The position numbers and the translations under genes are program-made. A model generated the notes under the pieces. It did no database searches. It was not told where the DNA came from and saw only the letters and a program-made list of their open reading frames with translations. Below, one piece after another: positions 37,168 through 47,589 of a DNA stretch of 64,000 nucleotides. How positions within the stretch are numbered: the first letter of the stretch is position 1; each line of letters begins with the position of its first letter. The stretch is taken from IMG/VR virus record IMGVR_UViG_3300037010_001227, positions 1 to 64,000 of that record. One strand, given 5' to 3'.

Positions 37168-38436
37168 TTACATTAAATTAATAAGTTCGGTAGTAAATAA
37201 ACCAGAGTTGGTTGAAAACAAAACAGAAGCTGAAGCGCCTGTTGAGACTATACGATGTTTCTTTACTTCTAATCCTGTGGTAGAACCATACTCATAAAAA
37301 TCCCAAACAATAATTGTATTTGGCTCACCACCATCGTTGGTATTACCTGGATTGAATACCGTGGCAGTTACACCAAGCTTACCATATAGTAATGAGTTTG
37401 TTGGTGGAACTTTTAGGTATTGATAATACTTTTCAATTGTAAAGTTTTTAAATGATGATAGTGAAGCAGCATTTAAACTATAATCAGGAGTACTGATATT
37501 ATTTCCAAGAACTATAGGAGAAAGTTCATAGTTCTCATAAATTGCATTATTGTTCCCAAGAGTTTGTTTATACGCAATATCAGACCAAGAACTATTAGCT
37601 ACTTTATCAGGTGTAATAGTTGCATTCTGGAATCGAACATAACGTTCTTTTAAAACCTTTGTATTTAAAGCTGAATCATAAGTAGTAATAACAGTTGTAT
37701 CTTTAATAATGTTACTTAAGTCAGCAGATAATTTTGCTGACATTGGATTGATAGAATTGCTTAAGTCTTGTATATAGAATGTAGATTTTGTATATTGAAT
37801 AGGCGCTTGACCTTGATCTACAAATGCTAATAGATTTCGTAAACGACTAAATCCGTATAAATTATGAGAATTGGCTCTAGCAGTTTCTGAAACTACAACT
37901 GTTGAATTACTTAATGACGAGTAAGATGAGATAGTAACGTAAGGGTACTTTTTAACTTTTCCTATAACAACCTGACTATTAGAAGGAGACAAAACGGGCA
38001 TAATAGTACCGGCTATTGTAACGTCATCTACACAGTTGGCCACCAGGAAATAGTCAGAATCCGTCTGGGGAATTATAGCACTCAGGCCCACAGAATCCAA
38101 ATCAAGGTGCTCTGAGGCCCAAATAACCCTGTTTAAACCTGCTTCTGTACTTCCGATAACAATACCTAGAACTGGTCTACTACTAACTGCGGTATCAGCA
38201 TTAGGATATCTAATGGCACCATTCGTTAATAATTCTACAGCTCTACCTGGAGATAATAAATTACCAGCTACAGAGACATGTTCACCATATCCAATTCCAA
38301 CAAGTGAAGAATTTATATGTCGAATATTAGTATCTAAATTGAATAAAGGACGATTATCTACCTCATAACCATATGGGTCATCGGGAGTGTAAAAAAGCAC
38401 ATCACTGATTGCTGGAATAGATGAAGATGTTGACAT
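37168..38436 (-). CDS. structural protein with DNRP anchor and cement-like domain
   Basis: VLFYTPDDPYGYEVDNRPL; PGRAV..ADTA...VLGIV..YFL. Confidence 0.65.
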   Translation of the reverse strand: MSTSSSIPAISDVLFYTPDDPYGYEVDNRPLFNLDTNIRHINSSLVGIGYGEHVSVAGNLLSPGRAVELLTNGAIRYPNADTAVSSRPVLGIVIGSTEAGLNRVIWASEHLDLDSVGLSAIIPQTDSDYFLVANCVDDVTIAGTIMPVLSPSNSQVVIGKVKKYPYVTISSYSSLSNSTVVVSETARANSHNLYGFSRLRNLLAFVDQGQAPIQYTKSTFYIQDLSNSINPMSAKLSADLSNIIKDTTVITTYDSALNTKVLKERYVRFQNATITPDKVANSSWSDIAYKQTLGNNNAIYENYELSPIVLGNNISTPDYSLNAASLSSFKNFTIEKYYQYLKVPPTNSLLYGKLGVTATVFNPGNTNDGGEPNTIIVWDFYEYGSTTGLEVKKHRIVSTGASASVLFSTNSGLFTTELINLM

Positions 38437-39086
38437 TTAGTGTTTATTCCTTGGTAAAATTAATTCATTGATAGATATATAACTACAGCAGTATACAACT
38501 ATAGCTGGTGGAAGTATACTTCCAGGTCTTGGAAGTATAAGTAAAGGATCTGTTTCACATAATAATGTATCGGTAGTTCTGTCATAAAACCTAAAAAAGA
38601 AAAATATAGTATCTGAACTAGGATCTACAGTAGTGTATACGTCACTCAATAACTCTTTTTCAATTACATTTTTACCATTACACAGCTATAGTTTTATATA
38701 TCATAAATAGTGTTAAGTTTTAATTGCTGATAATCTATCATCAGAATATTCAAAATCAACATTATCCCAGCGGTGTGTAATAAATGAACTCATTCATTAA
38801 ATATACTTCATGATCATTTGAGAAGCTGCATTTAAAGGAACATAGAGACGTTCCGATATTTCTACGTCATCATAAATGTTAGTAGCATTCCAGCTATTTA
38901 CAAATGGGTCTGGTAGTGTTCCAAAAGGATACCGAGCCTCGTTTTTCCAAACAGTATCAACTGGAGCAAAATAATTATTAAATCTATTGATTGTTAACAT
39001 TATAAGTATATCCTATATCCAGTTCTATTCCAAAGAGCATTAGGTGGATCTACTGTAATAGTATCCATTGGTATCTTAGTCTTCAT
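38437..39086 (-). pseudogene. interrupted gene: 28-aa, 67-aa and 70-aa fragments
   Basis: 38797-39000 and 38437-38649 share a frame but are separated by five stops within about 120 nt; a 28-aa piece at 39000-39086 precedes them. Confidence 0.55.
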
Positions 39087-41019
39087 ATTCGTTCAATGAA
39101 TATGCTACATTATATATAGGCACATAATAAGTTGAAACACCTGTTATAGTATATGTTATTTTATTAATTACAAGACTTCTTGTAGCTACATGATCAATAT
39201 AAAAAAACACATATTTTCCAAAAGCCCTGGAGCTTATTAGATAACCAAATAGCAATTCATCACTAGTCTCAAATAAAGTTTTAAATTTATTGTAATAATT
39301 TAAAGTGTTAGTTGAGTATAAAGAACCGTTTACGTTTAAAATTAAACGTAAGTTATCATTCATATAAGACTTTGTATCAATAACTTGATCTACTTGCCCA
39401 AGACTAGCAGTATCTTTTGTTGATTTAGAAAAGAAATTTGGTTTTAATTCTAATTGATGTGTTAAAGTAGTGAAATTATTTCTTTTAAAATAAGTAAAAT
39501 CAAAATTATTTTCACTAGGTACATAACTTAAGTATGGAACAATATTATTTGTGTAAGTTTTGTACTCCACAGGAACAACAGTTTTTATATTGCAGCCTAT
39601 AATTGTTGAAGTCCCTGCTGGAATAACTAAATCAGTTAATCGAGAATTGTATATTTTAGTATTGATTTGTCTAGTAGCAAAAGAAGAAGATATTTTTAAT
39701 TTTAGTTCATTATTTACATAAGTGAACCAATACTGTATTAAACCAATATTAGAAGCTACACAACCTAAAAATTCAGTGTCACTGATTTTAGCTAAAGAAA
39801 AGTTAACTAATCCAGTCAAAGGTATCTTACATTCGTTAGCAACGGTAGCGAACTGTAAAGAAGTATTCAAGTAAGTGTTTAAATATTTTGTATTTATATT
39901 AACGAGATCTGCATCTTTGTGCAGTAATAGACTCCAAGAGCTAGTATTGAAAGTATATTTCCAGACAGCATTATCTACAGTTAGGAAAATATACTTTGCT
40001 AAAGTAAATGGTTCTGTAAATGTAGAGAGTCCAGTAATTTTTTCTTGTGTTGGTGACAAAATATTGGCAACTGTTGCCGTCTTTTCTAAATATGCTATAT
40101 GATTATTTCCAAGTTCATCAGAATATGCCACTACTAAAGTATTATCCACAAACGTAGTAGTTCTAATAATGTCTGCTAAGTTTTTAGGTAATACTGTATT
40201 AAACTCTTCCCAGACGGTAGTGAGGTCAAATAGTGACTTAAGATAGTATTGTTTATGTGCTCTACTAAATACTATTAAAGGACATGTATCTGTGTCATTT
40301 AAGATACCCACAACATATACTGGAGCAAAAGTTTCTGGAGACTTTTTAAAAATAAGTTCCCCAGAGATCTTGTCCAAATTTACTAAATCAGTATAAGTTG
40401 TATCTTTTCCAGGAATGAAACATTTGATACCCTCTCGTAAAGTGCCGACAAATAGCTTGGCATATACTTTAGTAGAATTTTTTGTTTCATATACCTGAAC
40501 AGCTATTGATGTGATTTCATCTGGATACTTTAAATTATCATTAGAAATTAAAACCGAAGAGGCGCCTTTATTTAGAGAGTATGAAATACCTTCAATGTCT
40601 CTGTAGTAGATAACAGCTACATTTTTTTGTGAATCTAATACTGGTAAAATTTCCAAGTGATTGGTCTGTTGCCCGTATTCTTTATTCACAAATTTTATTG
40701 TTTTATTGTTATTAACTATAGCAGAAAAAGTTCCACCTTGAATAGAGACAACTTCTGGGATAGGTTCTGATAAATCAACAAAAGTGCTTGATAATATCTT
40801 ATTATCAATGTATTCTTGAATAATAGATACATTATAATAAGGTGAAGAAAGGTCTTCATTTACTATTAAATCATAATATACAGATTCGTCTGGTTTTAAA
40901 TGAAGGGTATAATCAGCATTAATCTCCAAAGCAATACAGCTACCAGTCAAATTCGTCAAGAGTTTGAGAGGTCTATCTGTGAAAATCTCAGAAAGAGGAG
41001 ATGTAATTGTTACTGGCAT
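39076..41019 (-). CDS. hypothetical baseplate-region protein
   Basis: 647-aa beta-rich ORF, coupled to upstream gene. Confidence 0.7.
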   Translation of the reverse strand: MPVTITSPLSEIFTDRPLKLLTNLTGSCIALEINADYTLHLKPDESVYYDLIVNEDLSSPYYNVSIIQEYIDNKILSSTFVDLSEPIPEVVSIQGGTFSAIVNNNKTIKFVNKEYGQQTNHLEILPVLDSQKNVAVIYYRDIEGISYSLNKGASSVLISNDNLKYPDEITSIAVQVYETKNSTKVYAKLFVGTLREGIKCFIPGKDTTYTDLVNLDKISGELIFKKSPETFAPVYVVGILNDTDTCPLIVFSRAHKQYYLKSLFDLTTVWEEFNTVLPKNLADIIRTTTFVDNTLVVAYSDELGNNHIAYLEKTATVANILSPTQEKITGLSTFTEPFTLAKYIFLTVDNAVWKYTFNTSSWSLLLHKDADLVNINTKYLNTYLNTSLQFATVANECKIPLTGLVNFSLAKISDTEFLGCVASNIGLIQYWFTYVNNELKLKISSSFATRQINTKIYNSRLTDLVIPAGTSTIIGCNIKTVVPVEYKTYTNNIVPYLSYVPSENNFDFTYFKRNNFTTLTHQLELKPNFFSKSTKDTASLGQVDQVIDTKSYMNDNLRLILNVNGSLYSTNTLNYYNKFKTLFETSDELLFGYLISSRAFGKYVFFYIDHVATRSLVINKITYTITGVSTYYVPIYNVAYSLNEYED

Positions 41020-41519
41020 TATGATACAAGTATGTTAACTGTTGCTGTTCCGGTAGAGAATAGATAGACATATCGTAGAGGATTCATTGCATTCCAGAAT
41101 GCAAGAGTTTCATTTGGATTTAAGTCAGAAATGAATTTAGCGTCTGGAGCTGTTTCAGGAGCTTCAATTCCACTAAATGACCAAGAAACCTTATCTGTTG
41201 CGGATTCATTATGGATTTCAAACTGAGAACTAATACGTCCTAAATCTACTAATGTCCAAGTATTTGCAACAAGAGTAATAGTTTTTCTGAATGGATCCCA
41301 AAGATCATCCATACCACCAGCATCAACAAGTTGAATAAAGGTTGGATAGGATACTAAAAGTTCATTATATGACCGTTGTGAAATAGATCTAGTTTCTTGA
41401 GGACCAAGAATCATAGTGGCACTCATATTATCTGACCAGCAGTATAATTTCTTACCTTCACGTAAGCTTTCATCTGCATTGTTAATATCACCAGTTAAAT
41501 TTTTGACTAAAAATCTCAT
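41019..41519 (-). CDS. hypothetical structural protein
   Basis: 166-aa ORF in the baseplate operon. Confidence 0.65.
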   Translation of the reverse strand: MRFLVKNLTGDINNADESLREGKKLYCWSDNMSATMILGPQETRSISQRSYNELLVSYPTFIQLVDAGGMDDLWDPFRKTITLVANTWTLVDLGRISSQFEIHNESATDKVSWSFSGIEAPETAPDAKFISDLNPNETLAFWNAMNPLRYVYLFSTGTATVNILVS

Positions 41520-41572
41520 GTTTTATATTCCTATTACTTATTTCTTTATTATATTCTGTAAACTATCTTGGT

Positions 41573-44146
41573 CTATGGATTTGAACCATGGCCCTCGACA
41601 AGTTGTCCAAAAGGTGGTGGAGCTGGAGTTTTTGTTTTACTATTCGAAGGATTTAAGCCTCCTTCTGGTTTATCTGCCATTCTTCGTAAAATATCTCTGG
41701 TATCTTCTGCAATTGCTTTCATACTATTTTTGTATTCTTCTTCTTTTTTGGCTTTCTCTTCCTCAGCTTTTTTCATATCTTCCTGAAGGTCAAATTGACG
41801 TTCAGCTACAGTCATGAAACCGATTGTTCCATCATGACGTCTGCCATAAGTCAGATCATCACCTCTAGCTCCAATACTATTTAGGTCATCTAGTTTTTTC
41901 TTATCTTCATTAATTCTACTATCATACAATTTAGTAATCGCAGCTAGTGCAGCTGGAATTGCGCTAGTACCACCTTCTTTATCAGTAGATTTGAATTCTT
42001 TTATTATGTTAGAAGATTGTGTATCTAAGCCATTCGTATCAAATAGTTCAAATTTCATACGAGGAGCAATAGCTTTCATCATACCAATGGCGATTAAACT
42101 CCCCATTGGACCTGCTGCTGCCATTAAGATCTCTATAATATGACCAAAGGCAAATTTAATAGCATCTTTTAATTTTTCTCCAAATGTTTTTGGACCAGAC
42201 AACCAATTTATGAACTCCTCTACCTTGAGAACAAGACTAGAAGCCCAATCGGATACTTTATCGAGTAAGGTTGTAAGACCTGTAACTAATGAATTACCAG
42301 TTGGACTGTTAACAGCATTCTGGAATTTCTCTACCAGATTTGTCAGAATAGCTTGTAATCTGGTTAAACCACTACTGCCACCAACAGCACGTTCAAATGC
42401 ATTCATGGCACCAGCTTTAACTTTTTCCCATGCATCAACTAAAGTTGCAGTTACTTTTTTATAAGAGTTACTAACGGCATTTTCATCCAAGCTAACCATC
42501 AATTTTTGCATTTCTCTGATATGAGCTTTTTGTTTCTCATCAAGTTGTAGTAATCGTAATGCAGTTTCTTTGCTAACTCCAAATTGTTGAGCTACTACTT
42601 GAGAAGTAATATTGATGTTACCGTTGAATTGAGTGTTTAATCGTTGCATAAACTCTGCTGTTTTTAACATTGCAGAAGTTTTATCAAAAGTATCATTCAT
42701 GACATCCTTGATATTTGCACCTTTGGCAATAATCAACATGTCTCTAAAACCAGAGGATTGTGAACTTAAAATATTTCCAGCTTCTTCAAACTTACCATTG
42801 ATTTCCCCAATATTTAAACCTAAAGTAGTAGTTAAACTAACTAAAGTAGAAATATCTTTAATCATATTATCGGTAAATTGTTTACCATTTTTAGCAGCAA
42901 TCAGCAGGGAGTTACTTGAAGTTGTTAAGCCCTCACTAAAATCTTTAAAAGAACTAGCTGCAATATCACCAAAGTCTAATGCTAATTGATTGATACTTAC
43001 AAAAGAATTACCAATAGTCTTTATAGAACTATCAGTCATTTGTGTTGTTTTAATCAATTGTCCAAATAAACTACTAATTTCATCTGTAGCTACACCAGTT
43101 GCTCCAGATAGTTCTAATGTCGTTCCTACTAAACTATCACTCATTGCTCTGGAATAACTAATTCCATTCTTTAAATAATTTAAAACAACCCCGTTTATCT
43201 TCTCTGTAGTCATTCCTAAATCTAACATAGAAGTATTTATATCAATAAGTTGTTTTCTCATTTTAAATAGATTATTTTCACCTACTCCACCAAAAACCTC
43301 ATCAAATTTTTTCATTTCCATACGTGCTGATATAGATGCTGCAGCAATTTTCCACATAGCATATCCAAGTGCTTCTACAGCAGCAATTATTAAAATTATG
43401 CCACCAGTTGCAATAGCTTCCATAGCAGTAATGGCAGCTCCTGCGCCTTCAGCGCTCTCAGTAACTTCTCCTAAACCTTCTGCTAGTTTGCCTACTTCTC
43501 CAGAAGCAGCTGCATCCGTTACAGGAGTATCTGGATTTTGGATCCGTGCTATTCTATCAGAGCATTCAAGAAGATTTTTCTTTAAGTCTTCTACTGAATT
43601 ATTTGCTTTATCCATAGCTTTTTCAATGGAGTTTGCTAATTTTTCAGCAGGGTGTTTCGTCTTTTCTGCGTCTGTTTGTAACTTTTTAATAGCTTGCGGA
43701 CTCATAGCAGCAGATGCTAAATTAACGGCAAGCTTACCTAAAAGACCCATATTATTATATAGTTCTTTATTAGCGCCTGCAACGTTCTTAGAAATTACAC
43801 CATACTTGATTACCTGATCTAAATGTTTACCCCAACTTCCAGTTAACCCAATAATAGACTTGTTAAAGCCATTTAAATCCATGGTTAATAAAGATTTACC
43901 AAGTTTAAATAGTCCTGTTGTTAATGTTTCAATTTTACCTGGAGCAAAAATATGATCTTTAGGTAAGTTAGCAGAAACATTTTTTAATGTTTTATCTAAA
44001 GCAGTAAAGACTGGACCAGCTTTGTTTTCAAGTTCTGAATAGTCAATAGATAGACCAAGTTTAACTAAATAATTAGCTAAAACCTTTTCAGCACCCTCAC
44101 GTTCAGGTGTCTTTTTAACATTTTGTGGTGGTTGTTGTGGTATCAT
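41573..44146 (-). CDS. central baseplate spike, gp5/VgrG OB-fold-like
   Basis: Directly follows the hub gene in the baseplate module; size and beta-rich composition fit; assignment rests mainly on position. Confidence 0.55.
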   Translation of the reverse strand: MIPQQPPQNVKKTPEREGAEKVLANYLVKLGLSIDYSELENKAGPVFTALDKTLKNVSANLPKDHIFAPGKIETLTTGLFKLGKSLLTMDLNGFNKSIIGLTGSWGKHLDQVIKYGVISKNVAGANKELYNNMGLLGKLAVNLASAAMSPQAIKKLQTDAEKTKHPAEKLANSIEKAMDKANNSVEDLKKNLLECSDRIARIQNPDTPVTDAAASGEVGKLAEGLGEVTESAEGAGAAITAMEAIATGGIILIIAAVEALGYAMWKIAAASISARMEMKKFDEVFGGVGENNLFKMRKQLIDINTSMLDLGMTTEKINGVVLNYLKNGISYSRAMSDSLVGTTLELSGATGVATDEISSLFGQLIKTTQMTDSSIKTIGNSFVSINQLALDFGDIAASSFKDFSEGLTTSSNSLLIAAKNGKQFTDNMIKDISTLVSLTTTLGLNIGEINGKFEEAGNILSSQSSGFRDMLIIAKGANIKDVMNDTFDKTSAMLKTAEFMQRLNTQFNGNINITSQVVAQQFGVSKETALRLLQLDEKQKAHIREMQKLMVSLDENAVSNSYKKVTATLVDAWEKVKAGAMNAFERAVGGSSGLTRLQAILTNLVEKFQNAVNSPTGNSLVTGLTTLLDKVSDWASSLVLKVEEFINWLSGPKTFGEKLKDAIKFAFGHIIEILMAAAGPMGSLIAIGMMKAIAPRMKFELFDTNGLDTQSSNIIKEFKSTDKEGGTSAIPAALAAITKLYDSRINEDKKKLDDLNSIGARGDDLTYGRRHDGTIGFMTVAERQFDLQEDMKKAEEEKAKKEEEYKNSMKAIAEDTRDILRRMADKPEGGLNPSNSKTKTPAPPPFGQLVEGHGSNP

Positions 44147-46365
44147 TATTTATTAATTCCATTCTGCTTTTCGTAATTATTTAATAATTGACGTAAAGAT
44201 TGAGATAGATTACCATTAAGAAATTCTGTGCTTGTTAAATCAACATTAGTATATTGCTGAGTAATTTTATCTGATGCTTGCGCTGTAGTAGAGTGTGTTG
44301 AATCCTTTTGAACTTCTTCAACAACTTCATTAGAAACAGTGGCCATTAAACCAGAACTTGTAGCATGTTTAAGTCCATAAATCGTAGTAGTGTAATCATT
44401 TAATGATATACTATGCGTAATTTGTTGAACTAAAAATACGCCGCTTAATAGTGCGTTAAGGTTATGTGTTTTACCAGTAATATCTGGGTAATAACTGATT
44501 AATTCAAAGTTTCCAACACCCAGTCTTAATAAAGTGGGGTCTCCCAATACTACAATACTTAAAGATAACGGTCGTTTTAAAAAGTTATTTATTCGACTTC
44601 TAATTTTTAATTCTGTGAAAGAGGAAGAATTTTCTGTATTGTAATGAGTTCTATTCTTACCCATAATGTTTCTATTAGAAATATCATCACACAATACTAA
44701 ACAGTTATTTGCACGAGATGCATTTTTAAATCTAAACGAGTTTTTTGTAAGATTATTAGAGGATGCAAGATTAGTTGGGGCCGAGGCTTTCTTCTGGGCC
44801 ATTGCATTATCATAGACTTCATCAACATCTGCACCTGAATACTGCTGTTTAACAGTTACAGTAGAAATTTTACCATTAGTTCCTGTTGTCATATAGTTGC
44901 CTTCATTAGCATACATGGCAGTTTCAGAAACACTTTCTTTTAAAAGTTCTACTAAGTTACTATACTTAACACTAACTGATAAAACATCTCCAAAAGTTTG
45001 TGAATGTTGCTCTGAGGTAGCAATACTGGCATTGAATACATTCATAGCTGAACCATGAAGATATGGAAAACTTGATGCGCCTGGGCCGTAAACAAGATTG
45101 GCAAACTGGGGATCACCATGAATATCTGATAAATCTGGTAATAAAAAGAATGCTCCAGTTTCTTGCAAGGAATCTTTTGGTAAATTGCCAGTAGTCGATA
45201 AACTTTTTGGAACATTAGGAATCCAGTATAACTTACAAGAAGATGCTAACAATGTTTGTAGGTCAGCTATTTTTTGTTTTTGTTCTGCAATTTGTGGACT
45301 GTCATTAGTATATTTTGTTTTAAGTTGTTCAAGTTCTTGCCATGCTTTTACATAAGCAGTATTTTGCTGAGATACCTCAGATATGACATTAGCTAACTCA
45401 GAGTTTTTATGGGAATACCATCGACAACGACATCTTGAAGCAAGCTCATCTAAAATAACTGAAAAGTTATTGCTGCCAAATCTTATTGGAGCTGTTTTTT
45501 CTGTTACGAAGAAAGTCCTGTCATTTACTGAACCATCTTTAACATATAATAGATCATCTAATGTGAACAGTCTCATGCCCAACATACGTTCTAGCAAAGT
45601 TCTTATTTGTTCTTGAGGATAATCAGATTCAAGAGCAAGACCTGGAAAACTACTATATTGACAAACAGTGTTTCCTATCTCCTGCAATGAAATAGTAAAC
45701 TCTGTTCCTGTAGTATCAAAATTAGTGAAATCAACATTTAAACTAATAAAGTCTAGTTTAGGTGTTTTAATTTCCTGTATACCAGTAGAAGTAGCAAATT
45801 TCCAACCCCATTGAAGAGTAATAATAGGTAAATTATCAGATGCATTTTGAGATGTTGTCACAGTTAAAGCATTAATAATTGGTCCAGGATCTTTAGCGAA
45901 TAGCTTTAGTGTTCCTCTAATAGTAGTTTCTTGACCACCCATAGGATAATTAATATCTAATGATTGGAAGAATAATTTTTCTGGGCTGGAATTATCAGCA
46001 ATAATACCACCACCAACAGAGCTAATATTATCATATGGATATATGTCAATACCGTTAATGGCTACATAAACAAATGGAGTTCGTACGTTAAACGTAGGTA
46101 ATGGAGTATTAGCATTGCTATCTCTTACACCTGAAATTAATGATTGCATTCGTGCTACAGAATCTGGATCTAAAAATCGTTGTAAAATTGTACTTACAAT
46201 CGCAATATCATTTTTATATTTTGCTGAATTGGTTGATCCAGATACATTTCCAGCGGTATCAAATGAAGATAAATCTCTTTTTAGAGCAGCTAATAATTCT
46301 ATAGTAGTGCTATCATTAGTAACACTAACAAATCCTGAAGAGTCATCACCCTTTGTCGTTACCAT
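44146..46365 (-). CDS. baseplate hub protein (gp27 / late-control D-like)
   Basis: 739-aa ORF coupled between tube-initiator-like and spike-like genes; assignment rests mainly on position and size. Confidence 0.55.
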   Translation of the reverse strand: MVTTKGDDSSGFVSVTNDSTTIELLAALKRDLSSFDTAGNVSGSTNSAKYKNDIAIVSTILQRFLDPDSVARMQSLISGVRDSNANTPLPTFNVRTPFVYVAINGIDIYPYDNISSVGGGIIADNSSPEKLFFQSLDINYPMGGQETTIRGTLKLFAKDPGPIINALTVTTSQNASDNLPIITLQWGWKFATSTGIQEIKTPKLDFISLNVDFTNFDTTGTEFTISLQEIGNTVCQYSSFPGLALESDYPQEQIRTLLERMLGMRLFTLDDLLYVKDGSVNDRTFFVTEKTAPIRFGSNNFSVILDELASRCRCRWYSHKNSELANVISEVSQQNTAYVKAWQELEQLKTKYTNDSPQIAEQKQKIADLQTLLASSCKLYWIPNVPKSLSTTGNLPKDSLQETGAFFLLPDLSDIHGDPQFANLVYGPGASSFPYLHGSAMNVFNASIATSEQHSQTFGDVLSVSVKYSNLVELLKESVSETAMYANEGNYMTTGTNGKISTVTVKQQYSGADVDEVYDNAMAQKKASAPTNLASSNNLTKNSFRFKNASRANNCLVLCDDISNRNIMGKNRTHYNTENSSSFTELKIRSRINNFLKRPLSLSIVVLGDPTLLRLGVGNFELISYYPDITGKTHNLNALLSGVFLVQQITHSISLNDYTTTIYGLKHATSSGLMATVSNEVVEEVQKDSTHSTTAQASDKITQQYTNVDLTSTEFLNGNLSQSLRQLLNNYEKQNGINK

Positions 46366-47501
46366 TAAAAAGCTTTCTGTAAAATCTTACTTAACTGATT
46401 ACTTACTGCGTTACTAATAACTGCTAAGTCTCCGCGCCGTCTATCATTATTACCTTCTTCAAAAATATTAAATGAAGTATCTCTAGTTAAAGTATAATCA
46501 GTAGAAGTTTTTAAGACCCCGTCTGAAAAAGTATATTTATCTGAGTTTGTTAATTGGAAAGCGCCTGTTTTAAATTGGCTTGAAATACCGGACTCATATA
46601 AAGAATCACCCATTTGTGAGGCTATATTAGATAAATCTTCATCAGACATTTCATTTCTATAACCGATAAATGTTTGACCAGCATTATCAATAACATCTTC
46701 AGCATAGTTGACTTCATTATCTGGAGACACTAAGGTAAGACTAATAGTAGCTGTGAAAAAATATGGTGCATAGGAAGGGACATTAAAAGTATGTTTAGCT
46801 GCATCTTTACTTTTAGCAACTGCTTGTCTAATATACCAAGGACCTTTAAAATCAATATCAACATTATTAACAATAGCTCTAAATTGTTTCCACTCACCAA
46901 TCATTACTTGAACTGGTGAAGGCATATAATAATACTTTGACGGAGATGCCAAAGACATAATGTAATCAGATAACTTTAGTTTATATAAATGTTCCACATG
47001 TGAAGATACATAAAAATCCCCAGTAAGAGATATAGTTGTAGGGTTACTATGTGAATAGGTCCAAACTGGTTCTGGCCTACCTAAAATATCTTTAGGAACC
47101 CAATTTGCTGACTTAGTAAATTTGATTGATTCTGGAGTGCTATCAAAAACAATATATAAAGGGACTGATGAATTTACAGAAGAAACCATATTAAATTCAG
47201 TTTTTAATATAATAGGAATAAAATTTTGTGAGTAGCTAGTTTTTGTAAAAGCCTCTTTTAGTTCAGGGGCCGCTTGACTTTTATCACCTAAAAAGAAGTC
47301 AAGAGTTGCGTCTATAATGGACGCACCATCGCCGCCTACAATGTTTTTTCGTCTTAAAAATGATCCAAGTCTTCCTGCACCTATCAAATTCAAATCGACT
47401 ACAGTCTCTTGATTCATTGCTTTAAAAAAAGGATTTGCAGTTTGTAAAGGCTGTTTAGAAGAGCCATAAAATTTCGTAATTGATGTAAGAATATCTGTCA
47501 T
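46365..47501 (-). CDS. tube-initiator-like baseplate protein (gp48/gp54 type)
   Basis: Follows the sheath gene; FQFTPE..SF..W motif read from the minus strand near 47100; likely start ATG 47499-47501 (frame open to 47531). Confidence 0.55.
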   Translation of the reverse strand: MTDILTSITKFYGSSKQPLQTANPFFKAMNQETVVDLNLIGAGRLGSFLRRKNIVGGDGASIIDATLDFFLGDKSQAAPELKEAFTKTSYSQNFIPIILKTEFNMVSSVNSSVPLYIVFDSTPESIKFTKSANWVPKDILGRPEPVWTYSHSNPTTISLTGDFYVSSHVEHLYKLKLSDYIMSLASPSKYYYMPSPVQVMIGEWKQFRAIVNNVDIDFKGPWYIRQAVAKSKDAAKHTFNVPSYAPYFFTATISLTLVSPDNEVNYAEDVIDNAGQTFIGYRNEMSDEDLSNIASQMGDSLYESGISSQFKTGAFQLTNSDKYTFSDGVLKTSTDYTLTRDTSFNIFEEGNNDRRRGDLAVISNAVSNQLSKILQKAF

Positions 47502-47516
47502 TGTATACCGCTTCTT

Positions 47517-47524
47517 ACTTAATT
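47517..47524 (-). promoter_or_regulatory. candidate late promoter AATTAAGT
   Basis: Just after the sheath terminator, 15 nt upstream of ATG 47501. Confidence 0.55.
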
Positions 47525-47544
47525 TAAACATATTAATATAAAAT

Positions 47545-47568
47545 AAAAAACCCCAATTTCTTGGGGTT
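47545..47568 (-). terminator. intrinsic terminator after sheath gene
   Basis: aaccccaa-tttc-ttggggtt with U-tract on minus strand. Confidence 0.75.
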
Positions 47569-47589
47569 CTCTAGTATTAATTTGTTTGT

